Counted from the first letter of the stretch, positions 16,407 through 26,207 are shown. The stretch: DNA of 64,000 nt from an uncultured Gammaproteobacteria bacterium (GCA_963738285.1 CAVTVX010000009.1:96909-160908); one strand, 5' to 3'. Program-made: numbers and translations. Notes: generated from the letters alone by a model not told the origin.

Positions 16407-19400
16407 GCCGCGCACCGGCCGCTGCCGCCATGCTGCTGCTGCTGCCGCTCGCGGCGGGCGCCGCCAGGGCGCCGCCGCCGCCGCCGACGCTCAAGGACCT
16501 CAAGGGACCGGCGCCGGAAATCCGGACGGGCGAAACGGTGGCCCCGGATCCCGATCGCGCCAAGGAACTGTACCGGCGCTTCCTCGATCTCGAATCCGGA
16601 GATCCCGCGCTTCGCACGGAAGCGATGCGGCGTCTCGGTGACCTGCAACTGGAATCGGGCGACGCGGCCCGCGGCGAGTCCGCCGGCCAGGGCGAGGCCG
16701 AGACTCGCGAGGCCATCGAGATCTATACCCGCCTGCTCGAGCAGGAGCCGGACTATCCGCGCGCGGACGTCGTGCTCTACCAGCTCGCGCGCGGCTGGGA
16801 GTCGCTCGGCGATGCCGACAAGGCGCTCGCCTACCTGGACCTGCTCGTGGCGAAGTACCCGTCGAGTCCCCGCATCGACGAGGCCCAGTTCCGCCGCGGC
16901 GAGATCCTCTTTGTCGCCAGGCGCTATTCCGAGGCGCAGAGGGCCTACGAGGCCGCCAGCGCCTACGGCGCGGGCAGCGAGTTCTATGAGCAGAGCCTCT
17001 ACAAGCTCGGCTGGTCGCTGTTCAAGCAGTCGGAGAACGAAGCCGCGATCGAGCCCTTCGTGCGCGTCCTCGACCTCAAGCTGGTCGATCCCTCGAAGCC
17101 GGGCGGCGTCGTCGATCCGGCCGACCTCGCTCGGGCCGACCGCGAGCTGGTGCAGGACACGTTTCGAGTGCTCTCGATCGGATTCTCCTACGTCGACGGC
17201 CAGGAGACGCTGGACCGGTTCCTTACGCGGCGCGGCGAAATTCCCTACGGCTACATGCTCTATTCGGAGCTCGGCGACCTCTACGTCAGCAAGCAACGCT
17301 ACACAGACGCCGCGGACACCTATCGCGCGTTCGTCGGCCGCTACCCGGACCATGAGCAGGCACCGCTCCTGCAGATGCAGGCGATCGAGGCCTACAGGAA
17401 GGGCGGCTTCGCGCGGCTCGTGCTCGACGGGAAAAAAGAGTTCGTCGAGCGCTACCGGCTCGGCAGCTCGTTCTGGGCGGCGCGCACGCCGGAGCAGTAC
17501 CCGCGGGTCGCGCACGAACTCAAGACCAACCTGACCGACCTCGCGCAGTACTATCACGCCGAGGCGCAGCGCTCGAAGAAGAAATCCGACTACCACGAGG
17601 CAGCGCGCTGGTACCGGGAATTCCTGCAGTCGTTCCCGGACGACCCGGAGTCGGCACGGACGAATTACCTGCTCGCCGACACGCTCTTCGAGAGCGAGGA
17701 CTTCCGCGCGGCAGCCGTCGAATACGAGCGGACCGCATATGCCTATCCGTTCCACGAGAAGTCGGCGGAAGCGGGCTATGCCGCGCTCGTCTGCTACGAG
17801 CGGGAAGCGAAATCGATGGATGGCGCCACCCTCGCGGCCTGGAGCCGCCAGCGGCTCGGGAGCCAGCAGCGATTTGCCGTCACCTTCCCGGCCCATCCGG
17901 AGAGCGCAGCGCTCCTCACGCGCACCGCGCGCGAATACTACGACCTGAAAGACCTGCCCAAGGCGCTCGAAGTCGCCGGCCTCGTGCTTGCGCGGCAGCC
18001 GCCGGTCGATGCCGCGATGCAGCGCACGGCCTGGACTGTCACGGGCAACGCGCAGTTCGACACTGGCCGTTACGCCGACGCCGAAGGCGCCTATCTCCAG
18101 GTGCAGTCGCTGCTCGCGCCGCAGGACCCTGAATCTTCCGCAATCACCGAGCGGCTCGCGGCCTCCATCTACAAGCAGGGTGAAGCGAAGCGGGCCGGCG
18201 GGGACTCCGCGGGCGCAGTGGATGACTTCCTGCGCGTCGGCAAACTTGCGCCGGGCTCGACGATCCGCGAGACCGCCGAATTCGACGCCGGTGCGCTCCT
18301 CGTGTCTCTCAAGGACTGGACGCGCGCGATCCCGGTGCTCGAGTCGTTCCGGGCGGGCTATCCGTCGAGCGCTCGCCAGGCCGACGTCACCCGAAATCTC
18401 GCGCTCGCATATCTCGAGGGCGGGCGGCCCGGAGAGGCTGCCGGCGAGTTCGAACGCATCGCGTCTTCCGCCGCCGAGACGCCCGAGGTCCAGCGCGATG
18501 CGCTCTGGCAGGCCGCGGAACTTTTCGAGAAGGCGTCGCAGCCGGCGCGCGCGATGGCGGCCTATGCCAGCTACGTCGAGCGGTTTCCGGCGCCGCTGCC
18601 CGAGGCAATCGAGGCGCGGCTCAAGCTCGCGGACCATGCGAAGGCATCGGGCGATACGACAGGCCGCCGCCGCTGGCTCGAGGGTATCGTCGCCGCCGAC
18701 GGCGATTCCGGCGCCGCGCGCACCGATCGGAGCCGCTACCTCGCGGCGGTCGCGACGCTCGAGTTGACGTCCGCGAGCCGGGACGCCTTCCAGGCGATCC
18801 CGCTGGTCGCGCCGCTTTCGCGCTCGCTCGCGGACAAGAAGGCGGCCATGGAGCGCGCGCTTTCGGGCTATCGGGCCGCCGTCGCCTACGCGGTTGCGGA
18901 GGTCACGACCGCCGCGACCTACGAGATGGGCGAGCTGTACCGCCGCCTTGCCGCCGACCTCATGAAATCGGAACGCCCGTCGAACCTCGATGCCGAGGAA
19001 CTCGAGCAGTACGACCTTCTGCTCGAAGAGCAGGCCTTCCCGTTCGAGGAGAAGGCGATCGAGATCCATGCGACGAACGCACGCCATGCCGCCGACGGCC
19101 TGTACGACGACTGGGTGCGCCGGAGCTACGCGGTGCTGGCCGAAGTCGAGCCCGCGCGCTTCGGGAAGAAGGTCGAGCCGGAACCCTTCGTCGCCGAGCT
19201 GGTGCCGCCTGCGTCGGTCGCCGGCGCGGATGGGCGCGACCCGGCGAGCGAGCGACTGAGTTCCGGCGGAGCGAGCGAGCCGGCGTCGCGCCCATCCGCG
19301 CCGGCGTCGACGCCAGCAGCCACGATCGAACCCGCGACACAGCGGCAGTTCGACGACGCCCTGCAACGGCTCGAGGCCGACGACTTCGCAGGTGCCCGGC

Positions 19401-19828
19401 CGATCCTCGAGCAGCTCGTTGCAAGCGAACCGACGCTCGCGGCGCCCGCCGTCGACCTCGGGATGCTGCACGCCCGCGAGGGCCGCTGGACGGAAGCCGA
19501 GACCGCGCTTAACGAGAGCCTCCACCGCGATCCCTGGAACGCGATCGCGCTCAACGAGCTCGCTTCCGTTCAATGCGAGACCGGCCGCTTCAGCGATGCC
19601 GAGGCCGCCTACCGCGCGGCGCTCACCGCCGACCCCGCGCATTTCCGCACGCACCGGAATTTCGCGGTGCTGCTCGACCTGTACCTGTGGCGTCCGGCCG
19701 AGGCGCTGCAGCAATTCGAGACGTACGTCTCGAAAACGGGCAACGCGGACCGGCTGGTTTCCGGCTGGATCGCCGAGCTCAAGCGGCGCGTCGGGGACGT
19801 GGCACGGACCGCGGAGGTGCAGCCATGA
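16403..19828 (+). CDS. very large secreted TPR-repeat protein (1141 aa)
   Basis: ORF 16028-19828 trimmed to the ATG at 16403, which forms an ATGA overlap with the upstream stop. The signal peptide is MSRAPAAAAMLLLLPLAAGAARA. Many TPR-like repeats are present (YPRADVVLYQLARGWESLGDADKALAYLDLLVAKYPSS and others). Confidence 0.7.
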   Translation: MSRAPAAAAMLLLLPLAAGAARAPPPPPTLKDLKGPAPEIRTGETVAPDPDRAKELYRRFLDLESGDPALRTEAMRRLGDLQLESGDAARGESAGQGEAETREAIEIYTRLLEQEPDYPRADVVLYQLARGWESLGDADKALAYLDLLVAKYPSSPRIDEAQFRRGEILFVARRYSEAQRAYEAASAYGAGSEFYEQSLYKLGWSLFKQSENEAAIEPFVRVLDLKLVDPSKPGGVVDPADLARADRELVQDTFRVLSIGFSYVDGQETLDRFLTRRGEIPYGYMLYSELGDLYVSKQRYTDAADTYRAFVGRYPDHEQAPLLQMQAIEAYRKGGFARLVLDGKKEFVERYRLGSSFWAARTPEQYPRVAHELKTNLTDLAQYYHAEAQRSKKKSDYHEAARWYREFLQSFPDDPESARTNYLLADTLFESEDFRAAAVEYERTAYAYPFHEKSAEAGYAALVCYEREAKSMDGATLAAWSRQRLGSQQRFAVTFPAHPESAALLTRTAREYYDLKDLPKALEVAGLVLARQPPVDAAMQRTAWTVTGNAQFDTGRYADAEGAYLQVQSLLAPQDPESSAITERLAASIYKQGEAKRAGGDSAGAVDDFLRVGKLAPGSTIRETAEFDAGALLVSLKDWTRAIPVLESFRAGYPSSARQADVTRNLALAYLEGGRPGEAAGEFERIASSAAETPEVQRDALWQAAELFEKASQPARAMAAYASYVERFPAPLPEAIEARLKLADHAKASGDTTGRRRWLEGIVAADGDSGAARTDRSRYLAAVATLELTSASRDAFQAIPLVAPLSRSLADKKAAMERALSGYRAAVAYAVAEVTTAATYEMGELYRRLAADLMKSERPSNLDAEELEQYDLLLEEQAFPFEEKAIEIHATNARHAADGLYDDWVRRSYAVLAEVEPARFGKKVEPEPFVAELVPPASVAGADGRDPASERLSSGGASEPASRPSAPASTPAATIEPATQRQFDDALQRLEADDFAGARPILEQLVASEPTLAAPAVDLGMLHAREGRWTEAETALNESLHRDPWNAIALNELASVQCETGRFSDAEAAYRAALTADPAHFRTHRNFAVLLDLYLWRPAEALQQFETYVSKTGNADRLVSGWIAELKRRVGDVARTAEVQP

Positions 19829-20184
19829 GCCCCTGGAGAAGCCTGCTGGCCGCCCTGTACCTGCTCGCGCCCCTCGCGCGGGCCCAGGAAGCGGAGTCGG
19901 CCGCGCCCCCTGCACCGGCGCCCGTTGTCCCGCCTGCGGCGGCCGCGGACGCCCCGAAGCCCAGGACCATGGATCATCTGGAGCTCGATCCGACCTCGAT
20001 CACGGGCAACCGCGAGCTGCCCAAGGTCATGGTGATCGTGCCCTGGAAGCGCGCCGACCTCGGCAACCTCGAGGGCCGGCCGGCCAACAGCCTTCTCAAC
20101 GAAGTCCTGGAGCCGGTCGACCGCGAAGTGTTCCGTCGCGAACTGCGCTATTTCGAGGCCCTGGAGGCCAAACCCGAGACGTAG
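19825..20184 (+). CDS. small secreted protein of unknown function
   Basis: 119 aa with an ATGA overlap to the upstream gene. The signal peptide is MSPWRSLLAALYLLAPLARA. A Pro/Ala linker is followed by ITGNRELPKVMVIVPWKRADL. Confidence 0.55.
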   Translation: MSPWRSLLAALYLLAPLARAQEAESAAPPAPAPVVPPAAAADAPKPRTMDHLELDPTSITGNRELPKVMVIVPWKRADLGNLEGRPANSLLNEVLEPVDREVFRRELRYFEALEAKPET

Positions 20185-20249
20185 TCCCGGTTTTCATCAC
20201 CCGCAGAACGGCAACCTAACCCACTTAAAGACCCAACCTGGAGCAGCCC

Positions 20250-20960
20250 ATGCACGCCCTGGACATCATCCTCAACTTTTTCCGGGAGGGCGGTATCTTC
20301 CTGTATCCGCTCGCCCTCGTCTGGGTGGTCGGACTCGTGATCGCTCTCGAGCGGTTCGGGTTCATCATGCGGGCGGGCGCCGGCAACCGCCGCATGTGGT
20401 CCCAGGTGCAGCCGCTGCTCGAGGGCGGCAGGTTCCGCGAGGCCCTGCAGGCCGTTTCCAATTCGGAAACGGCGCTCGCGCACATCATGCGCTACGGAAT
20501 CACGCGCATCCAGACCGCGCGCCGCCGTGACGACATCGAGAAAGCACTCGAGGAAAGCCTCGTCGAGGTCATCCCGCGGCTCGAGAAGCGCACGCATTAC
20601 CTGGCGTCGCTTGCGAACATCGGCATGCTGATGGGCCTGCTGGGCACGATCGTCGGCCTGATCGGCGCATTCGCGGCGGTGGCGCAGGCGAACCCCGCGG
20701 AGAAAGCAAGCCTTCTGGCCGCGTCGATCTCGGTGGCGATGAACAATACCGCGCTCGGTCTCGTCACGGCCATCACGCTGCTGCTCGCGCACCTGTATCT
20801 CGAGACCAAGACTACCGAGATCGTGGACAGCCTCGAGGTCGCGTCGGTCAAGTTCCTTAACGCGCTGAACGAACGGAAGATGGATCCCGAGTCGCAGCAG
20901 GAAGCTGCCCGGCAGCCGCAGCGTCCGCTCGAAGCCGGGGTGAGGGGCGCCCGCGCATGA
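20250..20960 (+). CDS. exbB: MotA/TolQ/ExbB proton-channel family protein
   Basis: 236 aa with three TM segments. The characteristic C-terminal region is LASLANIGMLMGLLGTIVGLIGAF...MNNTALGLVTAI. Confidence 0.9.
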   Translation: MHALDIILNFFREGGIFLYPLALVWVVGLVIALERFGFIMRAGAGNRRMWSQVQPLLEGGRFREALQAVSNSETALAHIMRYGITRIQTARRRDDIEKALEESLVEVIPRLEKRTHYLASLANIGMLMGLLGTIVGLIGAFAAVAQANPAEKASLLAASISVAMNNTALGLVTAITLLLAHLYLETKTTEIVDSLEVASVKFLNALNERKMDPESQQEAARQPQRPLEAGVRGARA

Positions 20961-21484
20961 GCGGATCGCGCATCATCAAGCGGCAGTCGCGCAACCACGC
21001 GCGCTACCGCGGCAGGAACGACATCAACATCGTCCCGATGCTGGACGTGATGGTCATCCTGATCTTCTTCCTGATCTTCACGGCCGTGTTCTCCAAGATG
21101 AACATCCTGGAGCTCAACCTGCCCAACGATGCGGGCCCGCCGCCGGAACTGCCGGCGGTGCTGGAGCTGGAAGTGATCATGCGCATCCATGCCATCGAAG
21201 TCGCGGACCGCAATACCGGCCTGCTCCTGAGGTTGCCGAACACGGCCGGCGGCGCCGACTTCGAGGGCCTTTCCAACTACCTGCGGCGCGTCAAGATCCG
21301 CTTCCCCGAGAAGAAGGACGCGACCGTGCTGCTCGAGGCGGATATTCCGTATGACACGATGGTCCAGGCGATGGACACGATGAAGTCCTTCGACACGGTA
21401 CTCGACGGGCAGCCGGTGCGAGGTGAGCTGTTTCCGCAAATCGCGGTCGGCGATGCGCCGATCGCGCGGGTCGCGCAGCGATGA
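20957..21484 (+). CDS. exbD: biopolymer transport protein ExbD/TolR (paralog 1)
   Basis: 175 aa with an ATGA overlap to exbB and the N-terminal motif DINIVPMLDVMVILIFFLIF. Confidence 0.85.
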   Translation: MSGSRIIKRQSRNHARYRGRNDINIVPMLDVMVILIFFLIFTAVFSKMNILELNLPNDAGPPPELPAVLELEVIMRIHAIEVADRNTGLLLRLPNTAGGADFEGLSNYLRRVKIRFPEKKDATVLLEADIPYDTMVQAMDTMKSFDTVLDGQPVRGELFPQIAVGDAPIARVAQR

Positions 21485-21999
21485 TCGCCGCCCGCCTCAA
21501 GCGCCACCGCAAGCCGGGCCGCAAGGTGGGCGCCTTCCACGGCATGTCGTCACTGATTCCGATGATCGACATGCTGACGATTCTCGTGGTGTACCTGCTG
21601 GTGCACGCGGCGGATTACGAAATCCTGCCGAACACCAAGAGCATCCAGATCCCGCAGTCGATGTCGGAGACCAAGCCGCGAGAGACGGTCACGGTGCTGA
21701 TCACGAAGGAAACAGTCTTCGTGAACGGTGCGGCGCTTGCGAGCGTCCCGGCGCTCCGCTCGCGGCCGGATCCTGTGATCGAGCCGCTGCGCAGGGCGCT
21801 GCGCACGGAGGCGGACAAGCGAATGCTCAAGGACCGCAACGACCCGACCTCGCACGAAGTCACTGTACTTGCCGACAAGGACCTGCCGTACAGCTTCCTG
21901 AAGAAGATTCTCTCGACCTGTACGGCCGCAGAATACGGCAAGGTGTCGCTCGCGGTGCTCGAGCGGGAACGCGCCTACCGCGGCCCGGGCCCGGTCTGA
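21481..21999 (+). CDS. exbD: biopolymer transport protein ExbD/TolR (paralog 2)
   Basis: 172 aa with an ATGA overlap to the upstream gene and the motif SLIPMIDMLTILVVYLLV. Confidence 0.85.
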   Translation: MIAARLKRHRKPGRKVGAFHGMSSLIPMIDMLTILVVYLLVHAADYEILPNTKSIQIPQSMSETKPRETVTVLITKETVFVNGAALASVPALRSRPDPVIEPLRRALRTEADKRMLKDRNDPTSHEVTVLADKDLPYSFLKKILSTCTAAEYGKVSLAVLERERAYRGPGPV

Positions 22000-22008
22000 G
22001 GCATTCCC

Positions 22009-22929
22009 GTGCACGCCCTTGCCGTCAACTACCGGATTTTCGATCTCCCCTGGACACCTGACCGGGACGAGCAGGAACGCCTGCGCAAGACGGCGCGCAC
22101 CGCGCTTTTCGTCTTTGCGGCGCTGGGAATCCTCGTGCCGCTGCTGCCGGTCCGCGAACGGCCACCGCCGGCCCCCTTGCCTGATGAAGTGGTGAAGCTC
22201 GTCCTCGAGCCGCCGCCGCTACCGCCACCCGAGGCCAAGAAGCCGGAGCCCAAGCCGGAGCCGAAGCCCGAGGCCAAGCCGGTCCCGCCACCGAAGCCGG
22301 TGGATCGCCAGGCCGAGGCGCGCCGGAAGGCGGAGAAATCGGGCCTGCTCGCCATGAAGGACGAGCTCGAGGACCTGCGGCAGGCGATGGAACCGACCGA
22401 GATGAGCTCGGCGCCGATGATCGGCCGGGTCGAAGGCCAGAGCCGCGCGGAGCGCTCGCTCGTCACGGCCCACACGGGCGTCGGCAGCGGCGGCATCAAT
22501 ACGGGCCAACTCTCGTCCGGCTTCGGCAGCGGGCCCGGAAACCTGAAGGGTCATTCCGCGGGTACGGCCGTGCCGTCGTTCGCGGACAGGATCGGCGCGG
22601 ACAAGGCGCAGGCGAGCCGCTCCGGGTCCGGCGGCAAGGCTTCGCGCAGCCGCGAGGAAATCGAGATCGTCTTCGACCGCAACAAGTCGGCGATCTACGC
22701 GCTCTACAGCCGGGCGCTGCGCGAACAGCCTGAACTGCAGGGCAAGGTCGTCGTGCAGCTGACGATCGCGCCGTCCGGGGAAGTCACCGACTGCCGCATC
22801 GTGTCCACCGAGCTCAACGATGTCGAGCTCGAGCGCAAGCTGCTCGCGCGCATCCGCATGTTCCGCTTCGAGAACAAGGACGTCGAGGCGATGACCACGA
22901 CGAAACCGATCGAATTCTTCCCGGCCTGA
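22009..22929 (+). CDS. TonB-like energy transducer (TM anchor, Pro-rich spacer, TonB_C / AgmX-PglI-type C-terminal domain)
   Basis: 306 aa with a GTG start. It has the TM segment ALFVFAALGILVPLLPV, the spacer KKPEPKPEPKPEAKPVPPPKP, and a C-terminus ELQGKVVVQLTIAPSGEVTDCRIV...RMFRFEN. Confidence 0.75.
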   Translation: MHALAVNYRIFDLPWTPDRDEQERLRKTARTALFVFAALGILVPLLPVRERPPPAPLPDEVVKLVLEPPPLPPPEAKKPEPKPEPKPEAKPVPPPKPVDRQAEARRKAEKSGLLAMKDELEDLRQAMEPTEMSSAPMIGRVEGQSRAERSLVTAHTGVGSGGINTGQLSSGFGSGPGNLKGHSAGTAVPSFADRIGADKAQASRSGSGGKASRSREEIEIVFDRNKSAIYALYSRALREQPELQGKVVVQLTIAPSGEVTDCRIVSTELNDVELERKLLARIRMFRFENKDVEAMTTTKPIEFFPA

Positions 22930-22974
22930 GGCCAAACGGCTACCATTCGGCTCCTGCCAGCCGCGGGAGTCGCC

Positions 22975-23457
22975 TTGCAAGTCGAAAAGAACCGCGTCGT
23001 GACGCTTCATTACACCCTGCGAGACGAGCAGGGCACCATCCTCGATTCCTCGAGTGGCCGCAGTCCGCTCAGCTATCTGCACGGCAAGGGAAACATCATC
23101 CCGGGCCTTGAACAGGCGCTGGCGGGCAAGGCCACGGGCGACAGGCTGGACGTCACCGTGGCGCCGGAGCTGGGCTATGGCGCCCGCGACGAGCGCCTGG
23201 TGCAGATCGTTCCGCGCAACCGGTTCGGCGGAGCCGCCGAGCTTGCGCCCGGCATGCAGGTTCGCACCAGCGGCCCGCAGGGGCAACGCATGGTGACGAT
23301 CGTGCGCGTGGACCGCGACTTCGTGACCGTGGACGGCAACCATCCGCTCGCGGGGCGTACGTTGCTCTTCTCGGTCGAGGTGACCGGGGTGCGCAAGGCC
23401 ACGCACGGGGAGGTTTCGCACGGCCACGCGCACGGCCCGGATGAGCACCACCACTAG
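22975..23457 (+). CDS. slyD: FKBP-type peptidyl-prolyl cis-trans isomerase SlyD
   Basis: 160 aa with a TTG start. Sequence reads VVTLHYTLRDEQGTILDSS, GNIIPGLEQAL, and a His-rich tail HGHAHGPDEHHH. Confidence 0.85.
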   Translation: MQVEKNRVVTLHYTLRDEQGTILDSSSGRSPLSYLHGKGNIIPGLEQALAGKATGDRLDVTVAPELGYGARDERLVQIVPRNRFGGAAELAPGMQVRTSGPQGQRMVTIVRVDRDFVTVDGNHPLAGRTLLFSVEVTGVRKATHGEVSHGHAHGPDEHHH

Positions 23458-23486
23458 CCGAGGCCGTTGCGGCCCCGAGGCGCCCC

Positions 23487-26207
23487 GTGATCCACCGGCA
23501 GAATCTGCAGTTTCCCGAGAAAGACACCGCGCTGCGCGAGGACGTGCATGCGCTCGGAGGGCTCGTCGGCGAGGTCCTGCGCGACCAGGGCGGCGAGCGA
23601 CTGTTTATGGAAGTCGAGGGCGATCGCGTCGCCGCGATCGGCCGGCGCGAGGGCCGGGCCGGGAGCGCGGTCGAACTCGTCGCCCGCACGGCCGGCCGCA
23701 ACGCGCGCGACGCGCGCGACCTAGTCCGCGCTTTCAGCACCTGGTTTGAAGTCGTAAACCTCGCCGAGCGCGTGCACCGCGTCCGGCGCCGGCGCGAGTA
23801 CCTGGTGCGCGGGGAGCGGCCACAGCCCGGCGGAATCGGCGACTGCATGCACCGTCTCAAGGCCGCGGGCTTCGACGCGCAGCGCGTGCTCGAGCTGCTG
23901 GCGGGCGTCACGATCTACCCGGTCTTCACCGCGCATCCCACCGAATCGACGCGCCGGACGATGCTCCGCAAGCAGGAGCAGATCGCGGAAATGATGATCG
24001 AGCGCCTCGACCCGACTTCGACGCCATTCGAGCGGCGCTCGGTGTGGGAGCGCATCCGCATGGAGATCACCTCCAGCTGGCAGACCGAGGCCCACCCGCG
24101 CGAGCGGTTGACCGTCGGCGACGAGCGCGAGCACGTGCTGTTCTACCTCGCGGAAGTCGTCTATCGCGTCGTGCCCGCGCTCTACGAGGAGATCGCGCTC
24201 TGGATGCAGACCGTCTTTGGCCTGCCGCCGGATCTCGGCCGCATGCCTCTCCTGCTGCGGTTCGGCAGCTGGGTCGGCGGCGACATGGACGGCAATACCG
24301 ACGTGCACGCAAAGGCGATCCGGGAGACCCTGCATCGCCAGCAGCAGCGCGTGATTTCCGCCTACTTTCAGGAATGCCGCTCACTCGCAAACAAGCTCTC
24401 GCAGAGCGCCGGGCGCGTCGGGGCTAGCCGCGAGCTCGAGGCGCGGATCGCGGAATACGACATCCTCCTGCCACGGGCCCGGGAGTTCACGTCGACGCGG
24501 CACGACCGGATGCCCTACCGCATCTTTCTGGCGCAGGTGGCCGAGCGGCTGCGCACGACCTACGACGGCCGGCCGAACCACTACGAGTCGGCGGACCAGT
24601 TCGTCCGCGACATCCAGCTCGTGGCGTCGAGCCTGCGCGACAACCATGGCCGGCACGCGGGCCTGTTTCCCGTGGAGCGGCTGTTGTGCCGCGCGCTCAC
24701 CTTCGGCTTCCATCTGGCGACGCTCGACGTGCGGCAACACGCCGATGTGCATCGCGAAGTCGTTGCCCAGGGACTTGGCCGGGACGACTGGAACAGCCTC
24801 CCGCCGGCGGTGCGAAGCACGGCGCTCTGCGAATCGATCTCCCGCGACCGCGGCCCGGCTGCGGGGTTCGATGCGGTCGGCCGCCGCACGCTGGCCGTGT
24901 TCGAGGCGATGATGCAGGGGCGGTTCAAGTACGGCGAGCGCGCCATCGGAGACTACGTCGTGAGTGGCACGGAGTCCGCTGACGACGTGTTGTCGGTGCT
25001 GCTGCTCGCGCGCTGGGCCGACATCACCAACCGTGAGAGCGGGCAGGTTCCGCTCGACGTCGTGCCGCTGCTGGAAACCGTGAGCGCGCTCGAGGACGCG
25101 GGGCCGGTTCTCGATTCGCTGCTGGCCGAGCCGTCGTATCGGCGTCATCTCGAAGCGCGCGACGGCCGCCAGACAGTGCTGCTCGGCTACTCCGAAAGCA
25201 ACCAGGCCATCGGCATCGCGGCGTCGCGTCACGCGATCTACCAGGCGCAGGTCGAGCTGGTGGAATCCGCGTCCAGGGCCGGCGCGGACCTCTGTCTGTT
25301 CTACGGGCGCGGCGGACCGTCGAGCCGCGGTGGCGGCCCGATCGAGCGCCTGGTCGAAAATGCGCCGGCCGGCGCGACGCGCGGCCGGCTGCGAGCGACG
25401 GAACAGGGCGAGGGAATCAACAACAGCTATGGCTTGCGGCGCATCGCGCTGCGAACCTTCGAAAAGGCGGTATTCGCGGTCGCCATGGACCGCAGCGAGA
25501 CCCCGCAGGCTGCCGCCAGGGAGCGCGGATTCCAGGCGCTCATGGGAAGCGTCGCGGCCGCAAGTCGCGCGCGTTATTGCGCGCTGGTCCACGAGCGGCC
25601 GGGATTCCTGCGCTTCTTCGAGGAAGTGACGCCGATCGACGTGATCGAGCGCATGCAGATCGGCGGGCGCGTCGCGCGCCGCGATGGCAGCGGTGTCGCC
25701 TCTCTGCGCCCGGTGCCCTGGGTCTATGCCTGGATGCAGAGCCGCCACGTATTGCCAGGCTGGTTTGGCATCGGTTCCGGCCTGGAGGCCGCGGCACGCG
25801 AACACGGCGCCGGCGCGCTGCTGCAGGCCCAGGCAGGCTGGACATTCTTCTCGAACCTGCTCGACGACGTCGAGATGGACCTGGTGCGCGCGGACCTCGA
25901 CATCGCCGCATACTACGAGGCGCTCGCCACCGGCGACATCGCCGCGATTGCCGCTGAGATCCGGCGCGAGCACGCGCTCGCGAAGCACTGGGTCACGACG
26001 ATCCTGGACGAGAAGGAACTGCTCGACGGCCGGCCGCAGATGCAGCGCTCGGCCGTCCTGCGCGCCCCCTACAGCGACCCGATGCACCTGATGCAGGTGG
26101 ACCTTCTGCGCCGGTGGCGCGCGGGCGGTCGGTCCGACGCCGCGCTGTTCGATGCGCTGCTCGCGAGCGTGTCCGGCATCGCACTCGGGCTGCAGGCAAC
26201 CGGCTGA
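23487..26207 (+). CDS. ppc: phosphoenolpyruvate carboxylase
   Basis: 906 aa with VFTAHPTE, GSWVGGDMDGN, YGRGGPSSRGGGP and a C-terminal GLQATG. Confidence 0.95.
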   Translation: MIHRQNLQFPEKDTALREDVHALGGLVGEVLRDQGGERLFMEVEGDRVAAIGRREGRAGSAVELVARTAGRNARDARDLVRAFSTWFEVVNLAERVHRVRRRREYLVRGERPQPGGIGDCMHRLKAAGFDAQRVLELLAGVTIYPVFTAHPTESTRRTMLRKQEQIAEMMIERLDPTSTPFERRSVWERIRMEITSSWQTEAHPRERLTVGDEREHVLFYLAEVVYRVVPALYEEIALWMQTVFGLPPDLGRMPLLLRFGSWVGGDMDGNTDVHAKAIRETLHRQQQRVISAYFQECRSLANKLSQSAGRVGASRELEARIAEYDILLPRAREFTSTRHDRMPYRIFLAQVAERLRTTYDGRPNHYESADQFVRDIQLVASSLRDNHGRHAGLFPVERLLCRALTFGFHLATLDVRQHADVHREVVAQGLGRDDWNSLPPAVRSTALCESISRDRGPAAGFDAVGRRTLAVFEAMMQGRFKYGERAIGDYVVSGTESADDVLSVLLLARWADITNRESGQVPLDVVPLLETVSALEDAGPVLDSLLAEPSYRRHLEARDGRQTVLLGYSESNQAIGIAASRHAIYQAQVELVESASRAGADLCLFYGRGGPSSRGGGPIERLVENAPAGATRGRLRATEQGEGINNSYGLRRIALRTFEKAVFAVAMDRSETPQAAARERGFQALMGSVAAASRARYCALVHERPGFLRFFEEVTPIDVIERMQIGGRVARRDGSGVASLRPVPWVYAWMQSRHVLPGWFGIGSGLEAAAREHGAGALLQAQAGWTFFSNLLDDVEMDLVRADLDIAAYYEALATGDIAAIAAEIRREHALAKHWVTTILDEKELLDGRPQMQRSAVLRAPYSDPMHLMQVDLLRRWRAGGRSDAALFDALLASVSGIALGLQATG

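Noticed and set aside
16349-19915. A 1188-aa minus-strand ORF, the longest in this region.
   Set aside because: It lies exactly antisense to the 1141-aa TPR gene. Its translation is dominated by R/A/G/P/E runs with no motifs, which is typical of a shadow ORF in high-GC DNA. The plus-strand gene has a signal peptide, TPR repeats and ATGA coupling to its neighbours.
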